This document shows positions 39,932 to 50,009 of a stretch of DNA of 64,000 nucleotides, piece by piece (position 1 is the stretch's first letter; the number at the start of each line of letters is the position of its first letter). The notes beneath the pieces were generated by a model. That model searched no databases, was not told the DNA's origin, and saw nothing but the letters and a program-made list of their open reading frames with translations. A program made the position numbers and the translations under genes. The stretch comes from an uncultured virus (IMG/VR IMGVR_UViG_3300033571_026375) (taxonomy: Duplodnaviria > Heunggongvirae > Uroviricota > Caudoviricetes). The stretch lies in IMG/VR virus record IMGVR_UViG_3300033571_026375, positions 1 through 64,000 of that record; one strand, 5' to 3'.

Positions 39932-40276
39932 ATGAAAGTAAAATACAAAGTGGGGGATAAGTTAGAATTTGAGCTAGAAGGAGCTGGTCAAAAAGAGATA
40001 TTTAAAGAATTAGCCACAATTCAAGAAATTTTTGCCGAAGAAAAATGTGGCCTATGTGGTAGTGCTAATCTACGATTTGTGGTACGTAATGTAGATGGTA
40101 ATGACTACTACGAATTACGATGCTCTGATTGTGGAGCTATTTTAGCATTTGGTCAACACAAAAAAGGTGGTACTTTGTTTCCAAAAAGGAAAGATGATAA
40201 TAATAATTGGTTACCTAATGGGGGTTGGCACAAATGGAATCCTTCCGACGCAACAGACAAAAAGAAGCAATCATAG
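39932..40276 (+). CDS. zinc-ribbon protein
   Basis: CGLCG...CSDCG; likely start ATG 39932. Confidence 0.75.
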   Translation: MKVKYKVGDKLEFELEGAGQKEIFKELATIQEIFAEEKCGLCGSANLRFVVRNVDGNDYYELRCSDCGAILAFGQHKKGGTLFPKRKDDNNNWLPNGGWHKWNPSDATDKKKQS

Positions 40277-41178
40277 ATTTAGAGTTCGATAACGACTGTA
40301 AATCTTTTTTAGTAAGTTTGGTCATACATATTATTGTACTTTTATGTATCGCCTCATTTTCTATTCCTGCTCCATCTAAGCATATAACTTTAACTCTTCG
40401 TTTTGACGAGATTTCTACGGTCGAAATCAACGAAGATGAATCTCAGGGCCTAGAAGCACTAGAGATTAGTTCTGCAGAAGTTGTCTCTGATAGGCAGCAA
40501 CAGTCAGAGACTATTCCTGATTTAGACGAGACAGACGTTTCGTTAGAAGTTTCTTTGGAAGAAACATCAGAACTATCCAAACAGGCTACTCTGTTACAAG
40601 AAATTGATATAGAAGATGTGTCACAGATAATTGCGCCTAATAATATAGACATAGTAAATAATCATAGTACTGATAATACCATCAACGAAATCATATCATC
40701 TATATCCGGAGGAATTGTTGCTAACCAGACCTCGTCCCAGGCATTAGGTGAAAATCTAGGAATATCTGGTAGACTTAAAGCTGCTGGGGCAAAAGAAGGA
40801 GATGTTCAAATATCTATGGCATGGAATACCGCAGACGATATAGATCTACATGTATGCTTTACTGCGGGTAATGGTCTTGTCGATACTATAAATTGGATGA
40901 ATAGAATAGGACAGATATCTACTGGTATGCTAGATATAGACATGAACGCCAATTCGGGATTCCTACAACCTCATCCTGTTGAGAATATTTTCTGGCCACA
41001 TGGATCATCTCCCAGAGGATCATTTTCAGTTTATGTTCACTTCTATAGAACATGGACAGGCAATAATAAAGTGCCCGTTATTGTGCGTATAAAAAATAGA
41101 GATCAAACAATGACATATAACATAGTAGCTGTGTTATACAGTTCTCCTCAACTGGTACATCGCTTTAATTCTGAATAG
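40225..41178 (+). CDS. single-pass membrane protein with acidic linker and YfaP/DUF2135-like C-terminal domain
   Basis: FLVSLVIHIIVLLCIA TM helix; VQISMAWNTADDIDLHV, LDIDMN, PVENIFW. Confidence 0.7.
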   Translation: MAQMESFRRNRQKEAIIDLEFDNDCKSFLVSLVIHIIVLLCIASFSIPAPSKHITLTLRFDEISTVEINEDESQGLEALEISSAEVVSDRQQQSETIPDLDETDVSLEVSLEETSELSKQATLLQEIDIEDVSQIIAPNNIDIVNNHSTDNTINEIISSISGGIVANQTSSQALGENLGISGRLKAAGAKEGDVQISMAWNTADDIDLHVCFTAGNGLVDTINWMNRIGQISTGMLDIDMNANSGFLQPHPVENIFWPHGSSPRGSFSVYVHFYRTWTGNNKVPVIVRIKNRDQTMTYNIVAVLYSSPQLVHRFNSE

Positions 41179-41659
41179 GACCCCACTTGCCAACAGGGCA
41201 ACTGCCATTTTTATGCGCTAATTTATTATTGAAATTCATTTCTCTCACAATAGTACAGCCGCATAGCATACAAGCGTCATTTTGATAATGCTCGCAAGCT
41301 TGACAGATAGCTAGTCTTTGATCTATATCTTCCTTAGAACATAAATTACTAGGATGATCTTCAACTGGCATTAGAACAGGATCCTCGGATGTGGTCTCAG
41401 ATATTTTTTTATTTATATCCTTGGCTAAAAATTCTTGTAATGCTAATTCATCTCCGCTATCCAAAAATTGACTATTAATTTGTTGGTCTGCTGGTCTATT
41501 TTGATTATCTATTTTATCGAAGATTTCATTATGTCGTTTAAAACATATGATATTAGCCTCTGGATCTTCTAAGGCTAAAGTCATACCACAATATTTACAC
41601 TTATATACTTTTTTATTATTAAATACCTGATCTATATATTCGAACTCACAAAAAAACAT
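41165..41659 (-). CDS. Cys-rich metal-binding protein (DUF6171-like C-terminus)
   Basis: CKYCG; RLAICQACEHY..CMLCGC..CPVGKW; AAAGGA RBS. Confidence 0.75.
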   Translation of the reverse strand: MFFCEFEYIDQVFNNKKVYKCKYCGMTLALEDPEANIICFKRHNEIFDKIDNQNRPADQQINSQFLDSGDELALQEFLAKDINKKISETTSEDPVLMPVEDHPSNLCSKEDIDQRLAICQACEHYQNDACMLCGCTIVREMNFNNKLAHKNGSCPVGKWGPIQN

Positions 41660-41676
41660 AACTAATCATCCTTTCT

Positions 41677-44600
41677 TTAAAATCGAGGACTCGTCCAAAA
41701 TTGTGGGCCTCTAACGGGGGCACCATCCCAGCCAAGTGCTTTATACCAGTCGTCTATATATTGTATCCATGGTGGATATATGTTCAAGGTAGAGCATGTT
41801 GCAGAGCTGCCTTTATCACAAAGAGGTGCTCCAGTACTACTGCAATTTGGATCTCCAGTATTATCTATAACTTCTAAATCAGCAAGACAACAAATGTTTT
41901 GTGCTTGCGGACAGATATAAACATTATATTTATGAGAACAATATAAACTATTATTACAATTAGTATTTTGATTATATAACGGAGATGTGACCGTATAAGT
42001 TGATCCTTCTATGGCTCCTGGTGTAGATGAATCTCCACTGTAGTAAAAATATCTACGGGCTGTGCCTAAGCCCGAGGCATCTCCTAGATTATCTCTATAA
42101 CTAGGTGGGAAGCCCACATAAGGACAACCACCATATAATTGTTGGGCTGCTATAGAAGCATCTTGCCCGCCTTTGCCTATAGTAGCTAAAGACCGTTGAA
42201 TATTTTCTTTATATTCTCTACCAGCCACACATATAAGTGAGCTATCATCTCGTAAAATATCTTGTAGAGTAGCCGGTCTGATATAGTCATATTCATAATA
42301 TGCTATATAAGCTGTCACAACATTATCCACTATTCCGCCACCACGAGTTATTTTTTGTCCGCCCACATTATAAGATTCTATCTGTAATTCACTAACACTA
42401 CCGGGCACTATTCCGTCAATAATATCCTCTTCAGGAATATGGTTTGCTCCTTGGGATAAGTATTGGTATCTTTTTCTTAAAAATTGAGATAATTCCCATT
42501 TCCACTCATCTACTTCTAAACTAGCCAAGGATGCCGAACCCGAACCCCAGTAATCCGTAGTAATTGGCCTATCGCATTCTATTCCCATAGGCATAAATAG
42601 ATCCGACCACCCTCCCATAGTACTTCCAAATTCCCAACAACCATATTCTATAGGACCACCGCCACATTGAGTTCTCCAACTATTACTACCCAATGGATAG
42701 TCTCCTCTATATTCGTAATATATCTGACCTCCACCAACAATGCCTCTACTATTAACATTAGCAAAGTATTTAACTCCTAACACACACTTTCTTTTTTCTT
42801 TTCTGACAAGAAAATTTTGTTTTTGATCAGATACGGACAACTGACCTATTTCTTGAGTACAGTTTTCGCATCTGCTGTCTACAGTATCATCTACATACAA
42901 TTGATCCATAGATGATGAGATATTAATAGTTGGACACGTACTCAAAGATACTGGAAAACAGTATTCTTTTTCTCTAATACGAAATGTTAAAGATTTGCTA
43001 GTATAATTGATTTGAACTAATGGCGTGGCGCACAACGGATTATATTGATCCTCTATCTTTTTTTCGGTCATGAGATAAATATCTCTATAATATGCAACAC
43101 TTCTATCCCCGTATGAGTTCACTCCGCATACATCCTCTCTATCTGCACAAGGATCATATTGTTCTCCGGGTTGCTGTGGCCAATATCCTCCTCCTATACT
43201 TATACCATCATCTTCCGGACTAGCTTGAATATAATCTCCTCTGAAACATGAAGCACAGCCAGGATCGCAGTCCGGCGGACAAATACAACAGGTAGTAGGA
43301 GCACAACACCTGCCACACATTTCAGGTGGTTCTGAGCATCTGCTCACTCCGTAACTTGCGCAACTACAATACTGTGCATCAGGACCCGGACTAAAGAAGG
43401 AATTGCATATGCTCCCAACAACCCAGTCTTGATATTCTTGTACAGAATATGTTGGATATGTCTCTGGTACTCTTCTTAGAGTAGGTAGAGGCCTGAGGTT
43501 TTCCCTATAGGCATGCCCATATAAATTAAATCGAGTTCGACAAAATTGAAATTCATACTTAACATTAATTTCATCTACATTCTCAACAACCTCATCACAT
43601 AAATCGCATTGTTTCTTTCTACAATATCCTACTTCAAAATCAGCACAATTATCTGTTCCTGTAGTATTATAGCCATATGCACAACGATAGGGAATTGCCT
43701 CTTTTCTCATAGTTCCAAAACTTATTGGCCCCCAAACAGGCTTTCCACAAACCCACTGTCTAAACGGAAGGAATTCTCCATTCATAGGAATATTAGTAAT
43801 ATTAGACCAGCAGGATATTGCTCCAGGAAAACCTCTGCTCCATCTAGCTTCCGCATTAGTAAATCCTGCTTGCACACTTCCTCCACTAGCAAGGTTAGAT
43901 GTATCTAGTGTTCGTTTGCATGGATAGCTACTGGTATCAGATATAACACCTGACCTAGCTTGGCCGCTACAAAAAGAAGCGTTTGTAGCGGTAAATAGCG
44001 TAAATACTCTTCTAGCATGAACATTACATTGTCCTTGGAAAACAATCGTTGTATTTTCATCGGCTGAAGTTGGCGGAGCTGGTTTGCTCCATGTATTCCC
44101 CCTATTTGTCCCATCAATCCATAAACCAGGACCATATTGCTGAATTAAATATCTTTTACGCGTTAATACTTCTGCATAAATTAGTATATCGATATTTTTG
44201 TCCCCGATAGTACCTCTAATATAAATTTTATTATTTTCTTTAACAATCTGTAAGTTAGCGGTGATATCATTGATAACTATAGTTGTATTTGATCTAACAC
44301 TCATTACGCCATTAACAATAAGGCTGCCATTAATATTAAGATTATCCATTGGAGCATTTTTATCAAAATTATATAAAATTTGGTTATAAATATCTTTAGC
44401 TTCTACTTTTGGGTCTGAATATTGTATTAAATCATATTTAGAAAGTATCTTATTATTTATACTTAACATTTTTTTATTAATAATTTGTGCTTCTCCATAT
44501 AATATACGGAATAGCATTTCGTTGGCCACCAAGTCTGTATTTGTTACTATAAGATCATGTGTAATATCGGGCGTATTATCCAAAGTTTTTTGATAAATAG

Positions 44601-47600
44601 GATTAATAACAGAAGATTTATAATTAGCAGGAAAAATTTTATCATTATCACATGAAAAAGAATCAAATTCTATCTCATTATTTGGTTCTAACTCAAATCT
44701 TTTAATAGTTATAGGACTGGTATTCCCAACAGTATTATAGATTCCTGCGTCATAGCTTAAAATAAATGGTATTGATGATGTTGTTATATTCTTGATTTCT
44801 TCAACGCCTACTCTATAATTAGAAATCAGTTCTTTCCAGCCCACCTGCATCATACCAGCATTAAGATCTGTATTACATCCTGAATTAGCACATGTGTCGT
44901 CATCTGTATCGCAATGTATCGGATATCTAAAATATGGTGTCTGTCTAGTTAGCGTGGTACTTTTGAAAGATGAAGAATTATCAAATTTAGTAGTAGTAGC
45001 TATATAAGAATTGATTCTTTGAGGTTCAAACCTCTCTCTACAAGTATATCTAGAATCAGTAGATATATTTCGATTTTTTACCGTAGTACTTGATAACCAG
45101 TATGGTGGATCATCAAACCTAAGAGTAGGACTATAAATAGTTTGTGTCGGCACAAAAGCTGACTTCACCAAATTCTCTCCTTGTGTGAAATTGATCCAGA
45201 AATATGGATCCGGAGCAGTATCGGGATTGATAAAACTATTATCAAAATTTGATAAGTTTTTTAGTAGACCGTTCATGCTAATCGTTCCGGTCATTGCTGT
45301 GTTATTCTTTATGCTATCGGCGGCGGCTTCTTTTATCTTTTGATCTATACTAGAGGCTTCTTCTGAGCTTAATAAATTAATATCTATAAATGGTAAATAA
45401 TTATGATATTTTTGTGTTTGTATCGAATATGCTCCATTGTCTCCTATATTATAGGGTTGTAATATATTATAATAGACTAAGTCTTCATGGCTTATATTTA
45501 TAAGTTCTCCATTAATTTCTATTTGATAATTATGTTTTAATTTATCATGATTATTAACAATTATTTTATAGAAATCATTATTGTATGTAGAAGATGGGTA
45601 AAAGTCTTCAGGGTTTACAAAAGCGTCTGTATAAGGATCTAAAATAGTGCCATCATAATTAATAACATCTCCCCACTTACTAGGAATATACTTATTTAAT
45701 AATTTAGAGTCATTTTCGGCTAGTGGAGCGGTAATTGACGTGGTGGTGAACGAATGAAAATTTTTATTATCTCCCGGATTATTAGCCGATCCTAATAAAT
45801 CTATAAAAGTATATTTACTATTTCTGATAGGTAATGTAATAGTAAAAACTGTATATGGTATCATATAGACATCTTCTGTTCTCAAATTTCTAATAGGGCT
45901 TCCATCTTTCTTTACGAATTTAACCAAAACTTTTTTACTTATAATTTTATTAGCGGTATCCCATTTTTTATCATATGGATTGTATGTAGAAAAAGAAAAG
46001 TCGCATGGCTTTTTAGTATTATATACATAACCTTGCTTAGAAATTTTATTAAAATCAATATGCATATCACTAAAAACATGATATAGATAATCATAATCTG
46101 TCCAAATATAAGATGTTCGTACTGATGGAGCTTCTGGTTTAAGACATAGCCAATGAGAACCATCGGCAAATCTAATCATCTGAGCATAATCTAGGGGACT
46201 ACTGGGGTTAAAGTTGGCTATGTCATCCATAGAGCCTAATTCGGTGTCTATAGATGGATCTATTTCTGGAACCATAAAATAATGACGAGTACCCAGTATG
46301 GTAATCTCTTTGGTGCTATTATTATATGAAAAAGCATTAGACAATAATGGAAATTCTGGTAGTGCTTGTTTACTATATTTATAGTGATTATATAAGTAAT
46401 TATATTTTATATGTTTTTTAGGAGCTGCCGGTAACAAAATAGGAAGTCCTTTACTTGATTCTAACTTAGAAATATACTCAAAAATATTAGGACTTCCAAT
46501 ATATTGTTGATTATTTAATAAATATCCTCCTCTATTGGGATGCTGAAACTCATACCAGCGATCATTAACTGATAAATATAGTCTAAGTTTTCTGTGCTTA
46601 TCAAAATTATTAACGTCTCGTATTACATTGAGAACTTGTTGTGTTAAAGAACCATATAAACAGAAACCTTCATCGTACTCTACATTATCAGATATGGGCT
46701 TATCATAAAATAGCTTGTTGTTTTTGATCGGTGTTTTATCCGTTATAGAACTGGTAAGGCCACTATTAGGATGGAAAAAACCCTTTTGTAATATCCCCAT
46801 AGACTGAGCGGGTGGTACTACAAAATTTAAAATTTGTTTTCTAGGAGTTTGATTAATAGACAATGTAACTATAGAAGTTTCGTTGCCCCTAAGAGGAGGA
46901 CTCCAGCGACTATTAGGATTAAAAATAAAATCATGTAACAACTTACCAGATGGTGGATATAAGACGGTGTCTTTTTTTGCACCCCTGGTCGTCATCAATG
47001 CTTCCAAAAAAGGATTCTGTAAATGAGCAGTGATAGTTTTTGGAACACTATCATCTTTGTTTAGGATAACAGACGACTGATTGGCATATAAATCTGTAGA
47101 TCCTCCACCATATTCCAAAGATACTTTAGTAGTAAATCTACGATAATTTTTATTAGGAATATATTCTAAGCCCTCTTCTCGTCCTCCAAATCGAATCAGA
47201 ATGCTCCATTGCGGAGCAAAAAGATCAACATTCTCGGTAACCCTCGCGCGAATATCCGCATGATTTGTAGAAAAATTATTTAAATCGATATTCCAGAAAG
47301 TGTTGGTATAGTTGCGCAAAGTAATCGATGCATTTGAGCCACAGCCATAGGGATTCAACGGATCTATTTTTTTTGATAGTGTGGGCAGAGTGGTGTTTTC
47401 TGCGATTAAAGTTCCAGCATTAAAAATTTTGTCTAAATATATTTGATTATATCCACCATATTTTTTTAATTTAGGAGCATATTTGGTAGATACATTCGGC
47501 GTATATAGATTGGAACTAGAAAATGTGGATGGATTTGGATCGTCGCAAGATATAGGATGGGTGGGAGAAACTGATACGGGCATACATTTGCAAGTGGTTT

Positions 47601-49995
47601 TAACGGGGAATCTTTTGCATTTGGCAGAGGAATCGGATGATGTTTGAAGATATTCGGCTTCTAATTTATATAATTTAATACCAACATCTTTAGTAGCAAA
47701 TTTAATTTGAATTTGATCAATATTAATTTCAGACAAGGAAGAAGTTTTCTCAAAAAATGTCTGATTATCTATGCCAAGAGGAACGCTATTAAAAAATATA
47801 CCTCCTTCTTGATGGAAAGCAACTAAATCGATATGAGGATTAAAAAATAAAGATTTGTATCCTCTTTTCCATCGTATAGTACCATCGGCTACGGTTCTTT
47901 CTGTGCGAGTGCCGCTAGGACTAGGATCTCCTGGAAATTGCGGCGGAGAATTATTGAATCTTCTAGCTAGTGTTTTGTAACAAAAACTATCGTTGCCAGC
48001 TTTAGATCCACATTCTGCACTCTCTACATTTTCTATTAGATAATAGGAGCTGTTTTTATCACAATTATCGCAAAATATACTAGTATCAGTGCCAGCGATT
48101 CTTGGATAAATATCTTCAAAAAATATACAGCCACTAGAAGTAAAAACTGATTTGATTTTTGAACTATTAATATAAACACTAGAAAATAAGCTAAAATTTT
48201 TCCCAATAACCGAACCATCTCCGGTGTTGCAAGTGGGGGCGTACCTCACATCATCCCTAGTTTCTGTTTTAAGCATAGCATCGGAAAAGCCTATCTCTTG
48301 ACTATAACTGAAATTTTTTGTTACCGATCTTTCCGCACACGATTTCATAGGATTACATGTACTAGATCTCCATAGAGAATCTGTTCGTTTAATAACCATA
48401 TCAAAATCTATATCTAAAGCAAATGACGAAGATATTGATTTATCAAAAGTAATTGTAGATTCTGTATTTGGAGGCACCCACAGATATGCTCCATATTTTT
48501 GGCTCAAAGTGGTCAATAATTCTTTTTTATCAGAAATATAGTTTAAATGAGACACAGAATCATATGATGTGCCACTCTGCATATCTCTATTAAGAATATC
48601 TATTTGCTTATAAATATTACGAGGATAATCAAATATGATATTTGTTTTTAAAAGATCTACAGTAATTTTATCATACTGCGGAGAAGTGGCTAGTACAGCG
48701 GCAACTTTGAAGGCATCTATATATGTAACGTCTTGAGTTTGATTTATAACATTATATGCAGTATAAAATTTTTCATATAGATTATTAGATATATAACAAA
48801 ATTGAGATCCACTAGGCACTATGCCAGTAACTTCACCATTATTTATCAACTTTAAACCAGAAGGACAACTTTGTATTTGAGACCTAGGATTTACAGATAA
48901 TGGATTTACTGGATCGGTTGCTGGTTCAGGGCCATCGTTGGTAGCAAAAAAAACATCACCGGGAGGGATGTATAAATCGACGCCGGGTACAGGTCTCGGA
49001 TCATCGCTTGGACTTACTCCTATATTATAGTATCTATACCAACATAAAATACCAGAGCTATAATTCCATTTCCAATATGATCCTATTTTTTGATTTTTAA
49101 TAAAAATGTTTTTATATGATTCTTGATCTATCCCATAGGGTATATTTTTAAATTGATCAGGATTCGGAAGTATATTAATAGGGGTGTCATTGAGAACTTT
49201 TGTTCCTATTAGGCCCCTCAATATCGGATACTGTTCTTGATACCAGTTTTTACTAGGTTCTTCTGTTTCTGGGAGAGACAACATAATAAAATTACCACAA
49301 GTATCACTTAGCATTTGGCTTTTTTTATATGACTTATTATGCAAATATTCTGAATCATGTTGACTATAAAGGGAGTCATATGGAATTTCTGAAATAGTTT
49401 CCTTTAGTCTCCAGTCTATGCACAAGTCCGGACCTAAAATTTTATTGCGCCGACTAGCCGGAATTTTGATAAATCTTTCTTTACCCAGCCCCTGATTATT
49501 ACACGCTGGGAATTGACCATGATATTTAGAGTCTAATAATCCTGTTATATAAGATTGATTAAGCACGGGTATTTTCTGTATAAAATCATCGTTTTTAAAT
49601 CTTGTATCACAAGCACCATTACAACAATCAAAAGTATATGATCGCGGAGACCTTTGTTTTCTATTATCTATAAGACTTGAAGATGTCGAATAAGTTCCAC
49701 AATAATTGCAGCGGTTGTAATCCGTCACTTGATCTTCTATGTCCTGTGGATTTATGCTGCCATCGGTACAATTACAAGGATTAAATGTGGGTGATGGGCC
49801 GGTGCGAGGCTTAATTAATGGCTCTACATATTCTATACTAGAATTAGTACCAGCAACCCATATAGGTTGCCATACGCCACTTAATCCGGGTTTATATCCT
49901 GGTATCATAGAAGATAGCCAAGATATATCAAAATCTTTAATATTTATATCTTTGATATCAGCAATTAACGATTTGCGAAAAATAGAGCACGACAT
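41677..49995 (-). CDS. giant (2772 aa) putative virion/tail protein with Cys-rich segments
   Basis: Uninterrupted ORF in the tail module; AGGA RBS; no recognisable enzyme motif. Confidence 0.7.
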   Translation of the reverse strand: MSCSIFRKSLIADIKDINIKDFDISWLSSMIPGYKPGLSGVWQPIWVAGTNSSIEYVEPLIKPRTGPSPTFNPCNCTDGSINPQDIEDQVTDYNRCNYCGTYSTSSSLIDNRKQRSPRSYTFDCCNGACDTRFKNDDFIQKIPVLNQSYITGLLDSKYHGQFPACNNQGLGKERFIKIPASRRNKILGPDLCIDWRLKETISEIPYDSLYSQHDSEYLHNKSYKKSQMLSDTCGNFIMLSLPETEEPSKNWYQEQYPILRGLIGTKVLNDTPINILPNPDQFKNIPYGIDQESYKNIFIKNQKIGSYWKWNYSSGILCWYRYYNIGVSPSDDPRPVPGVDLYIPPGDVFFATNDGPEPATDPVNPLSVNPRSQIQSCPSGLKLINNGEVTGIVPSGSQFCYISNNLYEKFYTAYNVINQTQDVTYIDAFKVAAVLATSPQYDKITVDLLKTNIIFDYPRNIYKQIDILNRDMQSGTSYDSVSHLNYISDKKELLTTLSQKYGAYLWVPPNTESTITFDKSISSSFALDIDFDMVIKRTDSLWRSSTCNPMKSCAERSVTKNFSYSQEIGFSDAMLKTETRDDVRYAPTCNTGDGSVIGKNFSLFSSVYINSSKIKSVFTSSGCIFFEDIYPRIAGTDTSIFCDNCDKNSSYYLIENVESAECGSKAGNDSFCYKTLARRFNNSPPQFPGDPSPSGTRTERTVADGTIRWKRGYKSLFFNPHIDLVAFHQEGGIFFNSVPLGIDNQTFFEKTSSLSEINIDQIQIKFATKDVGIKLYKLEAEYLQTSSDSSAKCKRFPVKTTCKCMPVSVSPTHPISCDDPNPSTFSSSNLYTPNVSTKYAPKLKKYGGYNQIYLDKIFNAGTLIAENTTLPTLSKKIDPLNPYGCGSNASITLRNYTNTFWNIDLNNFSTNHADIRARVTENVDLFAPQWSILIRFGGREEGLEYIPNKNYRRFTTKVSLEYGGGSTDLYANQSSVILNKDDSVPKTITAHLQNPFLEALMTTRGAKKDTVLYPPSGKLLHDFIFNPNSRWSPPLRGNETSIVTLSINQTPRKQILNFVVPPAQSMGILQKGFFHPNSGLTSSITDKTPIKNNKLFYDKPISDNVEYDEGFCLYGSLTQQVLNVIRDVNNFDKHRKLRLYLSVNDRWYEFQHPNRGGYLLNNQQYIGSPNIFEYISKLESSKGLPILLPAAPKKHIKYNYLYNHYKYSKQALPEFPLLSNAFSYNNSTKEITILGTRHYFMVPEIDPSIDTELGSMDDIANFNPSSPLDYAQMIRFADGSHWLCLKPEAPSVRTSYIWTDYDYLYHVFSDMHIDFNKISKQGYVYNTKKPCDFSFSTYNPYDKKWDTANKIISKKVLVKFVKKDGSPIRNLRTEDVYMIPYTVFTITLPIRNSKYTFIDLLGSANNPGDNKNFHSFTTTSITAPLAENDSKLLNKYIPSKWGDVINYDGTILDPYTDAFVNPEDFYPSSTYNNDFYKIIVNNHDKLKHNYQIEINGELINISHEDLVYYNILQPYNIGDNGAYSIQTQKYHNYLPFIDINLLSSEEASSIDQKIKEAAADSIKNNTAMTGTISMNGLLKNLSNFDNSFINPDTAPDPYFWINFTQGENLVKSAFVPTQTIYSPTLRFDDPPYWLSSTTVKNRNISTDSRYTCRERFEPQRINSYIATTTKFDNSSSFKSTTLTRQTPYFRYPIHCDTDDDTCANSGCNTDLNAGMMQVGWKELISNYRVGVEEIKNITTSSIPFILSYDAGIYNTVGNTSPITIKRFELEPNNEIEFDSFSCDNDKIFPANYKSSVINPIYQKTLDNTPDITHDLIVTNTDLVANEMLFRILYGEAQIINKKMLSINNKILSKYDLIQYSDPKVEAKDIYNQILYNFDKNAPMDNLNINGSLIVNGVMSVRSNTTIVINDITANLQIVKENNKIYIRGTIGDKNIDILIYAEVLTRKRYLIQQYGPGLWIDGTNRGNTWSKPAPPTSADENTTIVFQGQCNVHARRVFTLFTATNASFCSGQARSGVISDTSSYPCKRTLDTSNLASGGSVQAGFTNAEARWSRGFPGAISCWSNITNIPMNGEFLPFRQWVCGKPVWGPISFGTMRKEAIPYRCAYGYNTTGTDNCADFEVGYCRKKQCDLCDEVVENVDEINVKYEFQFCRTRFNLYGHAYRENLRPLPTLRRVPETYPTYSVQEYQDWVVGSICNSFFSPGPDAQYCSCASYGVSRCSEPPEMCGRCCAPTTCCICPPDCDPGCASCFRGDYIQASPEDDGISIGGGYWPQQPGEQYDPCADREDVCGVNSYGDRSVAYYRDIYLMTEKKIEDQYNPLCATPLVQINYTSKSLTFRIREKEYCFPVSLSTCPTINISSSMDQLYVDDTVDSRCENCTQEIGQLSVSDQKQNFLVRKEKRKCVLGVKYFANVNSRGIVGGGQIYYEYRGDYPLGSNSWRTQCGGGPIEYGCWEFGSTMGGWSDLFMPMGIECDRPITTDYWGSGSASLASLEVDEWKWELSQFLRKRYQYLSQGANHIPEEDIIDGIVPGSVSELQIESYNVGGQKITRGGGIVDNVVTAYIAYYEYDYIRPATLQDILRDDSSLICVAGREYKENIQRSLATIGKGGQDASIAAQQLYGGCPYVGFPPSYRDNLGDASGLGTARRYFYYSGDSSTPGAIEGSTYTVTSPLYNQNTNCNNSLYCSHKYNVYICPQAQNICCLADLEVIDNTGDPNCSSTGAPLCDKGSSATCSTLNIYPPWIQYIDDWYKALGWDGAPVRGPQFWTSPRF

Positions 49996-50009
49996 ATTTA
50001 TTTCCTATA

